Below are positions 10,857 to 19,916 of a stretch of DNA of 64,000 nucleotides, in pieces. How positions within the stretch are numbered: the first letter of the stretch is position 1; the number at the start of each line of letters is the position of its first letter. Under the pieces are notes generated by a model that worked only from the letters and a program-made list of their open reading frames with translations, had not been told where the DNA came from and did not search any database. The position numbers and the translations under genes were made by a program. The stretch comes from Microcoleus sp. (GTDB lineage: Bacteria > Cyanobacteriota > Cyanobacteriia > Cyanobacteriales > Microcoleaceae), in the NCBI GenBank assembly GCA_052279835.1, contig CP181291.1:3360001-3424000 (forward strand), given 5' to 3'.

Positions 10857-11162
10857 TTACTTGCCGCCGTAATAAAAGGCAACTTCTTTATCCTTGAGCG
10901 GTGCAAAGTTGGCAGCGATCAGCATTTGATCTAGTTCTGCTTGAGGCAGGTGTTTGACACCGATGCGGACAATGCGCGATCGCATGGTATTTGATACACC
11001 ACTTCGCTGTCTCCCTGCTTCTAATCCCATTACTTTCTCGTAAAGGTCTAATTTTGCCTGGGGAATTGGAGAGCCATCAAAGTCTATACCAGAGGCGATC
11101 GCGACATCGATCGCATCTGCGCCAGTTGTAGATTGAGCCACTGATTTTGTTTCTTCAGACAT
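10857..11162 (-). CDS. Conserved small cyanobacterial protein (DUF4090/Ssr1528-like)
   Basis: TTGADAIDVAIASGIDFDGSPIP, RQRSGVSNTMRSRIVRIG. Confidence 0.8.
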   Translation of the reverse strand: MSEETKSVAQSTTGADAIDVAIASGIDFDGSPIPQAKLDLYEKVMGLEAGRQRSGVSNTMRSRIVRIGVKHLPQAELDQMLIAANFAPLKDKEVAFYYGGK

Positions 11163-11268
11163 GGGTGATAATTTAAAAAAAATACAATCGCTCAACCGAA
11201 AAATCTCAAATTGGGCGTTGGCGTTATAAATAAGCTTGAATCCTTGACAAATCAAGGATTTAATTTAG

Positions 11269-11350
11269 TGCGGATAAAAGGACTTGAACCTTCACTCCTC
11301 TCGGAACCAGAACCTAAATCTGGCGCGTCTGCCAATTCCGCCATATCCGC
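11269..11350 (-). tRNA. trnL: tRNA-Leu(TAG)
   Basis: GCGGATATGGCGGAATTGGCAGACGCGCCAGATTTAGGTTCTGG...GGTTCAAGTCCTTTTATCCGCA; long variable arm, anticodon TAG. Confidence 0.97.
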
Positions 11351-11511
11351 GTAGTCACATTAAACAAAACTACCACATACTATTTTATTTGTCAAGCCTA
11401 ATTGAAAAACCCGGTTTTGGTTCTGAGTCAGCCTAGTGGGAGGGTGGGCAAGCATACCCGAATTTAGACGTGGGGAGGTTGAAACCGGGTTGGCTCGTGG
11501 GTGATGCTAAC

Positions 11512-12252
11512 TTATTTTTGACCCAGTGCTTTCCAAGTGGTGTCATCTACCACTCCATCTGCCTTGAAACCTTTGTCATCCTGAAACCCCTTGACAGCAG
11601 CAATGGTCTTGGCACCAAAAATACCGTCGATCGGACCTGGATCGTAACCTTGAACTTCTAGGCGCACCTGTAGTGTTTTCACTTTGGCACCAGAGGAGCC
11701 TTTAGAGAGCATAGTTACAGTGGTTGGATCGCTGCTGGGAGCGTTGCTAGGAGCGTTGCTAGGAACTGAAGCATCCTTCTGAATCGGAGATTCCTCCTCA
11801 ACAGTTTTAGAAGCAGATACCGGATCGGCTGCTAATGCTGTCCAAGTCTCTTTGTCTACGATGCCGTCTGAATCCAACCCCTTAGCTCGTTGAAATTCAC
11901 TGACAGCAGCGGTGGTGCGGGAGCCATAAGCACCGTCGATCGTGCCGATGGAGAAACCATGAATTTGCAACCGTTGTTGTATGGCTGCAACTTCTGGTCC
12001 GTCTGCTCCTGCGGATATAGTTTTTTCCTTTTTGACTGGTTTTTGCTCCCCGGCATAAAAAGGCTTGTTAAACATATCTGTTTGGGAATTGGCCTCTGGG
12101 GAGGAAGTACCAGGGTCAGCCGGAGCCACAAAGTCTCTGCGGTACTGTTCTTGGACAAAGGGTTTGGACTCGAAAGCTGCGGTAGCATTCTTGGTGAATC
12201 CAGGAGCGACCAGAGCCACTAGACCGAGAATCGTTGCAGTAGTCACACGCAT
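11512..12252 (-). CDS. Secreted protein with two peptidoglycan-binding domains
   Basis: Signal peptide; two copies of LQ.RL...G...G.IDG.(Y/F)G..T..AV..FQ...G...DG.VD..TW.AL. Confidence 0.9.
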   Translation of the reverse strand: MRVTTATILGLVALVAPGFTKNATAAFESKPFVQEQYRRDFVAPADPGTSSPEANSQTDMFNKPFYAGEQKPVKKEKTISAGADGPEVAAIQQRLQIHGFSIGTIDGAYGSRTTAAVSEFQRAKGLDSDGIVDKETWTALAADPVSASKTVEEESPIQKDASVPSNAPSNAPSSDPTTVTMLSKGSSGAKVKTLQVRLEVQGYDPGPIDGIFGAKTIAAVKGFQDDKGFKADGVVDDTTWKALGQK

Positions 12253-12781
12253 AGGTTTTCCTCTCGATAGTAAAGTTTTGTAAATTAGGACTGTTTTATG
12301 GTTTCTGTGTTCAATTGTAATACCATGCAGGACACACTTACTCATATCTAAGGAATGTTAGATAGAGTGATACCAATGAATTAGTAAGGGGTCAAACACT
12401 ATAGGAATCAAGGGGAATGCCTCTATTGGGCGATCGCCAAGTTGGGAATTAGATCTATGGTGGGCTTACTTCCACTAGGTTGCACAAATATAGGCTACAC
12501 AAATATACATAGACCCAGGGCGATGACCCGGTATATTTCGGCAGAAATTTGGCAATCTGGATCGAAGGCTAAGGGTAAGAATCTGTAACTAATGTTCTAG
12601 ACATATCTGGACATTGACAATGGCGTAATCTATTTAACCCAGGGGATTGAGCTAATAGCTGTATTGCCTGAGTTTTTTCAGCGGGAGTTAAGGCAAGGAG
12701 TTATTTTTCTAATTCTTTGAGTGTCATTTCCGCCACTGGTTTCCTACTTTTCCATAGGCAATTTCCCCATCATCGAGTAAT

Positions 12782-13081
12782 TTGACCACAAATTCGGGCG
12801 ACACATTCAGCAAACTCGCAGTTTCTTCAACAGTGATATCTTGCACAAATATGGGCTACACAAATATATATCTGCCAACGGACGATGTAACTAAAAACAA
12901 CATCCAAGCAAGTCCGAATATTAGCAAGTTCGATCGAACTGCGAATGCACCGGAAGAAAGTGCGATCGTGTTAGGGATTTTTGGGTTTTGTTTGATGTGT
13001 TATTTGTTAGTTTGGAAATTTCGCGGGCGGGAAGCAGCGAACAAGATGGCGATGGCTGCGAGAAAGAAAATCAGGAAGTAG
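12782..13081 (+). CDS. Hypothetical small protein or remnant with C-terminal PE-TM-basic tail
   Basis: APEESAIVLGIFGFCLMCYLLVWKFRGR resembles a PEP-CTERM-type anchor; TTG start uncertain. Confidence 0.3.
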   Translation: MTTNSGDTFSKLAVSSTVISCTNMGYTNIYLPTDDVTKNNIQASPNISKFDRTANAPEESAIVLGIFGFCLMCYLLVWKFRGREAANKMAMAARKKIRK

Positions 13082-13312
13082 AGATAAGAATCGGCGATTG
13101 AAATCGCTTCTACACAAACGAAGTCGGCCTCCGCCGACTGAAGAATATTGACATCAAATCAGACTTAAATACCCGCTCATTTTCTTAGTCCGCGAAGGCG
13201 GACTTTGTTTGTGTAGACGCGGTTTCAACCGCCGGGTTTCTCCAAAGAAACCGGGTTTTTATCTACAACGAAATATTTTCGTAAAAAAACCCGGTTTCTG
13301 GGCCTCGCAATC

Positions 13313-14722
13313 CTACAACTGCTTCACCTCAGAAACCAATTTGGCAACCACATCCTTAGCGCTACCAAACAACATCATCGTCTTATCCTTATAAAACAAC
13401 TCATTGTCAACACCAGAAAAACCAGCACTCATCCCGCGCTTAATCACGATCGTATGTTTAGCCTTATCAACCTCCAAAATCGGCATCCCATAAATCGGGC
13501 TCGCCGTATCGTGACGCGCCGCCGGATTCACCACATCATTGGCACCAATCACCAACGCCACATCCGTCTCGTCAAATTGCGGATTGATGTCTTCCATGTC
13601 GTACAACTGCGGGTAAGGCACGTTTGCTTCCGCCAGCAACACATTCATGTGCCCAGGCATCCGCCCAGCCACCGGGTGAATCGCGTATTTCACGTCAACA
13701 CCCATTTTTTCCAAACCGTCGGCTAACTCGCGCACGGCGTGCTGTGCTTGCGCTACAGCCATCCCGTAGCCGGGAATAATCACAACCGATCGCGCATAAC
13801 CCAACATCATCGCACTTTCTTCGAGATTAATGCTGCGCACAGTTTTGTCGATCGCCCCAGCAGCAGACCCAGCAGCCCCAGCACTAGCACCACCACTACC
13901 AAAGGCACTAAATAACACGCTAGAAAGCGATCGATTCATCCCCTTACACATGATTTGCGTCAAAATAATCCCCGACGCACCCACCAAGGCACCAGCGATA
14001 ATCAGCATATTGTTCATCAAAATGAACCCAGCTACACTCGCGGCAATCCCCGAATAGGAGTTAAGCAGCGACACCACCACGGGCATATCGCCACCGCCAA
14101 TGGGGAGCACAAACATGATTCCCAGGATATTGGAAATCGCCACCAAACCCAGGAATACCGGCACATCCTCCGGGTTAAACAACATATAACCGCTACCGGC
14201 TAAAAGTGCGATCGCCAGCGCAGCATTAAACGGCTGTTGCAGCGGAAACGTCATCGGCGCACCCGGTAGCAATTCTTGCAGCTTCGCAAACGCCACAAGG
14301 CTACCAGTGAAAGTAATCCCGCCAATCAACACCCCCAAAAGAATTGTGATTGTGGCATCAGGTGCCGGGGATTCTGGGATGCTGAGATAGCGCCAGAATT
14401 CCCCCACAGCAACGAGTGCAGAAGCCGCGCCCCCGAAACCGTTAAGCAAACCCACCATCTGCGGCATATCCGTCATCGCGACGGTTTTCGCCATGATTGT
14501 TCCCAAAATGGAACCGATGATAATTCCGACTACAATTAGCTCGTAGCTGACTACTTGCTTTTCTAGCAACGTACCAACGATCGCAATTAACATCCCGATC
14601 GCAGCTAACACATTCCCTTGACGCGCAGTTGCGGGCGATCCCAACTGTTTCAAACCGATAATAAATAAAGATGCGGCAACTAAATAACCTAGTTGAATGC
14701 CACTGGGCAGAAAATCACTCAC
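13313..14722 (-). CDS. pntB: NAD(P) transhydrogenase beta subunit
   Basis: MTDMPQMVGLLNGFGG, PGYGMAVAQAQH, IHPVAGRMPGHMNVLLAEA, GANDVVNP. Confidence 0.98.
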   Translation of the reverse strand: MSDFLPSGIQLGYLVAASLFIIGLKQLGSPATARQGNVLAAIGMLIAIVGTLLEKQVVSYELIVVGIIIGSILGTIMAKTVAMTDMPQMVGLLNGFGGAASALVAVGEFWRYLSIPESPAPDATITILLGVLIGGITFTGSLVAFAKLQELLPGAPMTFPLQQPFNAALAIALLAGSGYMLFNPEDVPVFLGLVAISNILGIMFVLPIGGGDMPVVVSLLNSYSGIAASVAGFILMNNMLIIAGALVGASGIILTQIMCKGMNRSLSSVLFSAFGSGGASAGAAGSAAGAIDKTVRSINLEESAMMLGYARSVVIIPGYGMAVAQAQHAVRELADGLEKMGVDVKYAIHPVAGRMPGHMNVLLAEANVPYPQLYDMEDINPQFDETDVALVIGANDVVNPAARHDTASPIYGMPILEVDKAKHTIVIKRGMSAGFSGVDNELFYKDKTMMLFGSAKDVVAKLVSEVKQL

Positions 14723-14764
14723 GCTTTAACCTCTAACTCTTTTCTCAGACATTTCTTGAAAATT

Positions 14765-15475
14765 TCATACAAACGAGTAGTTGTATCCATCGTTTCGTTG
14801 AACAGGCTTAATTTGATTCCGAGAAACGCTAATCACAGTAGTGTCGTTTACTCGAATATCAAAATTTCCTTTAAACCTTGTGGTTTTAATTCGCTTGCAT
14901 TTAATCCCCTCATACTTGCCGTCAATTACAGAGACAATATCTCCATTTTTCCAACCTTTGACCTTTTTTTTGGGCTGATAACCCTTGCGAGGAAAACCAT
15001 ATTTATCAGTCTGTACAACTTGGCGACTCCCCCAACCCATAGCTTTAATTAGCAAAGGTTGATTGATTGCCAAAGTTAAACCCTGACTCACATCTCCGCA
15101 GCAAGCAGCATCTATCCAATGAGCCTTTGGTAAACCAAGTTTAGTCCGATTGAACTTAGTTAAAGAACCACGTCCTACATATATATGCTCTAGTTTTGTA
15201 GCCTTTAAAACTTCGAGCAAAGCAGATTTAGTAGCATTGACCGCCGCCGCATCCTTTAATGGTGCTTTAGCTTGACTCATTATTCTTTTAAGAAGATCAG
15301 GCTGGCTTTTCAGAAAGTCTTTGATGTCTTCATTCCCCTTTTTGATATTGCATTTTTTACAAGCCAAGCACAGGTTAGAAACACGATTGCTACCACCTTT
15401 AGCGCGTGGGTTCATATGCTCTACCTGTAACGGTAAATTTTCAGCACTACAGTAAGCACATTTGCGATTCCACTT
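14765..15475 (-). CDS. iscB: IscB exon 2 (HNH, RuvC-III, C-terminal domain)
   Basis: KWNRKCAYC...VEHMNPRAKGGSNRVSNLCLACKKCN...LKDAAAVNAT...HWIDAAC...DKYGFPR. Confidence 0.9.
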   Translation of the reverse strand, partial: KWNRKCAYCSAENLPLQVEHMNPRAKGGSNRVSNLCLACKKCNIKKGNEDIKDFLKSQPDLLKRIMSQAKAPLKDAAAVNATKSALLEVLKATKLEHIYVGRGSLTKFNRTKLGLPKAHWIDAACCGDVSQGLTLAINQPLLIKAMGWGSRQVVQTDKYGFPRKGYQPKKKVKGWKNGDIVSVIDGKYEGIKCKRIKTTRFKGNFDIRVNDTTVISVSRNQIKPVQRNDGYNYSFV

Positions 15476-17053
15476 GGTAGGGTCGAACGGGGTATCGCTA
15501 CCCCGAACTCCCATGCAAAACCGGACGTGATAGTTTCCCGTCATCCGGCTCCTCGACTGTTTGGCGCTTGTCATGCGTACCTCTTTCCCATTAAGGGTTA
15601 GGGGGCTAGAAATAAGATTCATCACTTCTCATCTCCCACTATGAAAGGTTCCCATTTGGCGTGAATAATGTCGTGGCAGTGTCTATGTATGGCTGTCATA
15701 TTTGTCTTCTTGTTGTTGCTTCTGTTTCTATCTATGTGATGTACTTCAATTAGACAATCTGACGTGAAGTACAGACCGCAGTGCGAACACTTCCCATCTT
15801 GCTTTTTAATAAGCTCGGATAATTGTTTGGGAGTTTCAGGGTATTCCCCTTTTCGCTTACTCCAGTAGACCCAATCTCCGTCATAAGGGCTTATTTCACC
15901 CTTCACCTTTGTGTGTCTGGTTATTGGAGTATCGCCATGCTTGGCTAGACAATGCTTGCCGTTTTTGGTGGCGAATACCCAATTGTTATTTCCCTTGGTT
16001 GTCCAAGTCTTGTCGGCGCTTTCATGACGGTAAATTGCCCATCCTCGTATTTGCTGATAGATGATGTGGTCTGCAAGTTGGAATATATCTTTGCTGCAAA
16101 CCGTTTTGTAATAGTTCGACCAGCCCCTTATCACGGGGTTTAGTGTTGCAATTAACGCATCTCGCGATGAACCTTTGTGCTTATCGATTAGGTCGCCTAC
16201 TTTAGATAGATGGACTTTCAGCTTTTCCTTGGATGGTGTGATGATGGTTTTAAATCCTTGCTTAGACGCATACTCCCCTACCTCGAACTGTCTAACATTA
16301 AATCCGAGGAAGTCGAACCCTATGTTGCCTCCTTCTTCAACTAGAGTGTGTGAGAGTCTGGTTGTTTCGGGTTTTAATTCCAAGCCAATGCCACTGAGCC
16401 ATTCTGCTGTTATCTGCATACATCTTTGGACGTCAGTATTAGACGTATTCATTGCTACTTGTTCCTATTCATTTCCAAACAATCGTGAATCTGTCAGCGT
16501 ATCCTCGCCATTACAGCGAGGCATTGGCTTTTGATTCAATCCTGCCCCCGTACATCATCTGGCTAGCTACCTACTCAGGCATCGACCTTCCTGAGAGATG
16601 TATGGGGGTTATCCCGTTCCTAACGACCATTGATTGAATCTTTAGAGCGATGCTATTCACCGGGTTTGTGGGAAGTGCTTTGTTGGTCGGCTAAACACCC
16701 GCCAACTCCCTATCCTTGCCCTTTTGGGACTCCCAGTGTAATCAACCTATTTCACTGGTTATACCTAACGATGGTTTAGACACATCTTCGCTTGCGCTGC
16801 TCATGGATTCCTGCTCGAAGGGATTCTCAGTTAGGTTGCCGAGTTACCTCCTTTTTTACCCCGCTTTACCTCTAGGGTTGCTACACCTAGAAGTAGGAGT
16901 AATGCTTTCACCACTGCACCTGTGGGGAGGGACTTACACCCTCAAGGTCGTTAAGTTGTCAAGGTTCATTTCAGCCCATACGAAAGGCTGATTCCTTGCT
17001 CCGCCTACACTTTAAGCCGCTAGGCTTTCCGTTTTCGCGGAAACGGGTCGCAC
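15476..17053 (-). mobile_element. Group II intron (IIB/chloroplast-like), 1578 nt
   Basis: 5' GTGCG at 17053; domain V GAGCCGGATGACGGGAAACTATCACGTCCGGTTT (15551-15518); domain VI ending GACCCTACC; candidate EBS1 at 16819-16810; 3' boundary could be off by 1 nt. Confidence 0.92.
15622..16452 (-). pseudogene. Intron-encoded protein lacking RT0-RT5; retains RT6/7, maturase X and HNH
   Basis: MNTSNT is joined directly to VQRC..EWLSGIGLELKPETT, FDFLGF, LNPVIRGWSNYY, SPYDGDWVYW, CSHC..EVHH..HRHCHD; no YADD. Confidence 0.85.
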
Positions 17054-17632
17054 TTCAAGCAGGTATTCTCTAACCTCATAACCTTGCAGTTCCCCTTGTT
17101 GATATTCAATACCATAAACTTCAGGGCTTTGCATTTTTTGAGTATCAAACTTTACCAACTCAAAAGCTATTGATTTAATTGGTGCTAACTTACAAAGGCG
17201 ATTCACCCAGGTAATTGTAGTTAATACTCGATGCTGCAAACTTGGAGGTAGCCAACCTTTCCGACGAATACGATTAAAAAATCGCGGCTGACGATAACGA
17301 GTCTTACGATTACGGCGGTTGCGTCGGATGGCACGGCGAGTTTCCAGTCGCGATTTGATAGCTTGCCCCCGATGGGTAAGTTCAGCACCCCAAATTACTT
17401 GGGTTAAGAACACCAAAGCTATACCAGTAGTTTTACTACCAGGATCGATGCGAATTTCTATTGGTTGTGGTTGTTCCTCTACTGATTTGTTGAGGATGAT
17501 TGCAAATGGGTACAGTCTGAAAACTTTTGCTTTGCCTGCATTTAATAGCTTTCTAGCTATCACTGGCAGGCACGGGGTTAAAGGTTTCTTCCTGCTATCG
17601 AGTACGAATACTTGATTGGGATTTTTAGACAT
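17054..17632 (-). CDS. iscB: IscB exon 1 (PLMP, RuvC-I, Arg-rich helix, RuvC-II)
   Basis: VFVLD..KKPLTPC, IDPGSKTTG, RRAIRRNRRNRKTRYRQPRF, WLPPSL, ELVKFDTQKM, YQQGELQGYEVREYLLE. Confidence 0.92.
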
Positions 17633-17639
17633 GGTTGCG

Positions 17640-17815
17640 TCTATTCCTAATTAGTAAAGGTTGCCTTGGCATTGTTATTGGTCGGTATGATCTCAACAGC
17701 ACTGGCTTTACAAAATCCTTGCCTGTTTAACTGCCGAGTTATAGAGCTTGGGGCTGGCACGTACTCCAAGGTATGAACTTGAACGCTTGCCAATAACGAA
17801 AGCCTGGACTTACTT
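17640..17815 (-). ncRNA. IscB omega-RNA/HEARO-like scaffold, 5' part apparently missing or diverged
   Basis: Directly upstream of iscB; CGTTATTGG...ACCTTGGAGTACGTGCCAGCCCCAAGCTCT...CAGTTAAACAG...CAGTGCTG...CCAATAACAATGCCAAGGCAACCTTTAC resembles the HEARO pattern as I recall it; needs a covariance-model search. Confidence 0.7.
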
Positions 17816-17843
17816 AGAATTTTCTGGGTTTATTCAGAAATGT

Positions 17844-18140
17844 CTAGGATTTGAGTAAGTCTTTTTTCTTGAACATTTGCAGCATTCGATCGGTGACTAA
17901 GAAACCGGCAACAACGTTAATTGTGGCAAGGGCGATCGCGATCGTCCCCAAAATCGAAGTAACAGTCACATTACCTTGGCCCGAAATCAGAATTGCGCCT
18001 AAAACCGCAATTCCTGAAATCGCATTAGAACCCGACATCAAAGGTGTGTGTAGCGTCGGCGGGACTTTGTTAATAACTTCAAATCCCACAAACGATGCTA
18101 GAGTAAACACCACTAAACCTGCAATCAATCCTTCTGCCAT
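17844..18140 (-). CDS. pntA: NAD(P) transhydrogenase alpha subunit part 2 (membrane)
   Basis: VPPTLHTPLMSGSNAISG, INVVAGFLVTDRMLQMF. Confidence 0.95.
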   Translation of the reverse strand: MAEGLIAGLVVFTLASFVGFEVINKVPPTLHTPLMSGSNAISGIAVLGAILISGQGNVTVTSILGTIAIALATINVVAGFLVTDRMLQMFKKKDLLKS

Positions 18141-18149
18141 AACACTTGG

Positions 18150-18232
18150 TAATTTGGTAATTGGTTATTTGTCATTAGTCCTTAGTCATTAGTCCTTAGT
18201 CATTAGTCCTTAGTCATTAGTCCTTAGTCATC
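18150..18232. repeat. Heptamer STRR-type tandem repeats (TAGTCCT/TAGTCAT); similar tracts near 1170-1225, 33335-33425, 37470-37502, 50576-50642, 56325-56372
   Basis: 7-nt periodicity visible directly. Confidence 0.85.
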
Positions 18233-18300
18233 AACTGTAAAAGCTTTACCGTTTCCAAACCAGGTCAAACGTATTCACAGACTGCTATTTACTGCCGAGA

Positions 18301-18392
18301 TCAGATCCCCCCTAGCCCCCCTTCTTAAGGGGGGGACAAGAAGCATTCAAAGTCAACCCCTACTCCCCTTCTTAAGGGGGATTTAGGGGGTT
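18301..18392. repeat. CCCCCTAGCCCCCCTT..TAAGGGGGG double-hairpin repeat; copies near 26712-26797, 35325-35362, 37428-37460, 45950-46203, 61785-61905
   Basis: Recurrent C-run/TAAG/G-run palindromes. Confidence 0.75.
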
Positions 18393-18496
18393 CTGGCATT
18401 GACTACAAACGAGATTTATCAACGGTTTTAGATTTAAGCTGACACTAATGAAACCACCCATTTTCCTACTAATGACTAATGACTGTTGACTATTAA

Positions 18497-19645
18497 CTAA
18501 CTGACTACTGAAGCCTGAGCAGCCAAAGCATCCCGCACTCGCTGATTGCTAATTCCCCCATCGCGAGCCACACAAGCACCAGCGATGATATCATCTTCAA
18601 AATTTAGATTTAGCTCCTTATCTTTCAGCATCAACTGAAGTAAAGCCGAGACATTCTTCGAGTAAGTTTCGCTAGCATGAACAGGCATTGACGATGGTAA
18701 ATTAATCGGTCCAATCACATTAACGCCGTTCCATTCCACATCTTTCCCGGCTTCGGTGCACTCGCAATTGCCCCCTTGTTCCGCCGCGAGGTCAACAATT
18801 ATTGCTCCCGGTTTCATTTGAGAAACCATTTCTCTGGTAACTAAAATCGGGGCTTTTCTACCAGGAACTTGAGCGGTTGTAATTACTGCATCGGAAGCGC
18901 CGACGTGCTGGGTAAGCACTTGGCGGGTGTGTTCTTTCGCTGCTTCGGATAATTCTTTCGCGTAGCCCCCTGCTGCTACTGTTTCTTCCTTGAGTTCGAC
19001 ATCGATAAATTTAGCACCCAAACTTTGCACCTGTTCTTTGGTTTCCGGGCGGATGTCGAAGGCTTCGACTACTGCGCCCAGACGACGGGCTGTGGCGATC
19101 GCCTGTAAGCCCGCAACGCCCACACCCATTACCAAAACTTTCGCAGGGCGAATCGTACCCGCCGCCGTTGTCAGCATCGGAAAATACTTCGGTAAAGCCG
19201 CCGCGGCGATCAGTACCGCTTTGTAACCAGCCACATTAGCCTGAGATGACAGCGCATCCATGCTTTGAGCCCGGCTGGTGCGGGGAATCATTTCCATGCT
19301 GAATGCCGTTATTTGGCGATCGGCTAAACGCTGCACCAAAGCCGGATTTCCCAAAGGATTCAAAAATCCGATGAAAACTCCACCTTCGGGAAGTTGATGA
19401 ACTTCTGACTCTTGTAATTCCCCGATTTTGACGACGACATCAGCTTCGCCCCACAGCGTAGCGGTATCGGCGACAATTTTGGCACCGGCTTGTTCGTAAG
19501 CAAGATCCGAGAAAAAAGATTTTGCTCCCGCACCGGCCTCAACCAAAACTTCGACGCCTTGTTTGACCAATTTGGCTACAGCGTCGGGTACTAAGGCTAC
19601 CCGGCGTTCCCCTGCTTCTATTTCTTTGGCGATCGCTAATTTCAT
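18497..19645 (-). CDS. pntA: NAD(P) transhydrogenase alpha subunit part 1
   Basis: GERRVALVP, RAQSMDALSSQANVAGY, GVGVAGLQAIATARRLGA, VDLAAEQGGNC. Confidence 0.97.
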   Translation of the reverse strand: MKLAIAKEIEAGERRVALVPDAVAKLVKQGVEVLVEAGAGAKSFFSDLAYEQAGAKIVADTATLWGEADVVVKIGELQESEVHQLPEGGVFIGFLNPLGNPALVQRLADRQITAFSMEMIPRTSRAQSMDALSSQANVAGYKAVLIAAAALPKYFPMLTTAAGTIRPAKVLVMGVGVAGLQAIATARRLGAVVEAFDIRPETKEQVQSLGAKFIDVELKEETVAAGGYAKELSEAAKEHTRQVLTQHVGASDAVITTAQVPGRKAPILVTREMVSQMKPGAIIVDLAAEQGGNCECTEAGKDVEWNGVNVIGPINLPSSMPVHASETYSKNVSALLQLMLKDKELNLNFEDDIIAGACVARDGGISNQRVRDALAAQASVVS

Positions 19646-19674
19646 AAAAAAACTCGGTAAGTTGAAACCACTTC

Positions 19675-19724
19675 GAGGGTGAAAATCGAATGTAGCGACA
19701 GCCAGTCATTGGATTTTCACCCTC
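19675..19724 (-). promoter_or_regulatory. Strong hairpin about 30 nt upstream of the pntA start (REP-like or leader structure)
   Basis: GAGGGTGAAAATC...GATTTTCACCCTC perfect 13-bp stem, beginning within GTAG on the minus strand. Confidence 0.4.
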
Positions 19725-19916
19725 TACTGCACGCATACAGGGCGGTTGACACCGCGTCTACACAGACAAAACCAGCCGGAACCGGTTTCTGGAAGTGCAA
19801 TTTTTAACCGCCAGATGCTTTGCTTTACACTGGAGCAACCGTTGCCCTAAACTTCTCTCGTTGATACTAAAGCCGATCGGCCAAGTGACCGCCGTATCTT
19901 TAACTTGTCTTATAGA

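Larger units (their letters stand above)
14746..17846 (-). mobile_element. Composite insertion: omega-RNA + iscB + nested group II intron, bounded by imperfect inverted repeats
   Basis: Fills the whole pntAb-pntB gap; ends are CAGACATTTCTTGAAAA (14746) and TTATTCAGAAATGTCTA (17846). Confidence 0.75.

Noticed and set aside
11238..11261. Integrative-element attachment site after tRNA-Leu
   Set aside because: AATCCTTGA/TCAAGGATT hairpin is present, but there is no integrase or duplicated tRNA 3' end in the window; more likely a terminator
15476..15625. First 50 aa of ORF 14765-15625 (and last 13 aa of ORF 17012-17632) as real protein
   Set aside because: They translate intron domains V/VI and the intron 5' end
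16475..16505. GYADRF read as the RT YADD motif
   Set aside because: It lies upstream of the intron ORF start, is followed by a stop, and falls in the ribozyme domain III/IV region
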